64,000 nt of DNA from contig NW_024704742.1 in NCBI RefSeq assembly GCF_018977255.1, positions 18,354,001 through 18,418,000 of the forward strand. Reading direction: 5' to 3'. Below the pieces are notes generated by a model, which was given only the letters and a program-made list of their open reading frames with translations, ran no database searches and had not been told where the DNA came from. Shown piece by piece: positions 63,291 through 64,000 of this stretch (the stretch's first letter is position 1; the number at the start of each line of letters is the position of its first letter). This stretch comes from Callorhinchus milii. Taxonomy: Eukaryota. The position numbers were made by a program, and so were the translations under genes.

Positions 63291-64000
63291 TTTCTTATAC
63301 ATTTGTCCATTTCTATTATTTATCACGTGACAATGCAAGTTTTTTTTGCGAGGAATTAATATTCATATATGAATTTAGCCTAATCACTGTGGAAATATTA
63401 TTTCACAGATTAAAAGGTAATTTTAATAATAAAGTTATTATATAAATAAAGTCCCCTTCCCCTCTCGGGTCCTAATCCAAGACTGTTCAGCGCCTTGGGA
63501 CGTCCTCCCAAAATGAAAGGCGCTTCACAAATGTAATTTTGTATTGAATATTTTACTCTTAGAAAAATCATTTTTGCAGTATACAATGGCTAGAACTCAC
63601 TTCCATATTAGGAATGTTGCAAGTGTATAGTGCATATGCATGATCTTGTCTAAAATCACAAGATTAAGAAATGTAGCTATATATTAGGTTACTGATATAT
63701 TTTCAGGTAAAACTGAAGTTGAAGGAAATACGTCATTGTTATCTTTAACAATATAATGGTGGGGCTGAGGTAAAATGTTTAACAGCCACAAGCTTATTAA
63801 TGTGAGGTTTGTGGTTCTGGAAAATAAACGTTGAAAGAGTTAATACCTAGTCATGTTTTATTTTGGGGTATGGGCATATCAAAGGATACGCTGCTTGTGG
63901 AATGTACCATTGGAACAAGTCTCCTATTCTCTGAGCTAAGATAGATAAGATTGTAGTAGTATGAGGACCTACAGGTTTGGCCTCAGGGAGAAATTAATTC

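Overview
Vertebrate genomic DNA with introns and many repeats. The L2/CR1/tRNA-SINE/Deu-SINE repeat content suggests a cartilaginous fish, probably a chimaera; this is inference. The window holds the conserved head-to-tail soluble guanylate cyclase pair on the + strand. GUCY1A1 (alpha1) is complete, with 8 coding exons from ~9739 to 27693. GUCY1B1 (beta1) is represented by its first three coding exons (ATG-only exon 40268-40270, 41852-41925, 53020-53120); the rest lies beyond the window. The remainder is mostly retroelements: many L2 LINE fragments, one long decayed CR1 with an esterase-type ORF1, two subfamilies of a tRNA-headed SINE with an L2-type tail, Deu-domain SINE relics, two unclassified repeat families, and microsatellites. 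Main oddities: (1) an ~840-bp GAGCT/GGGCT/GGGGT array resembling a mammalian IgM switch (S-mu) region, ending ~160 bp before the GUCY1B1 start codon; (2) a one-base frame discontinuity inside the first coding exon of GUCY1A1; (3) nested, module-sharing SINE/L2 insertions with readable target-site duplications; (4) long inverted L2 pairs inside introns. Repeat boundaries were read by eye and are approximate; comparisons to human proteins and repeat consensi are from memory, not from alignments.
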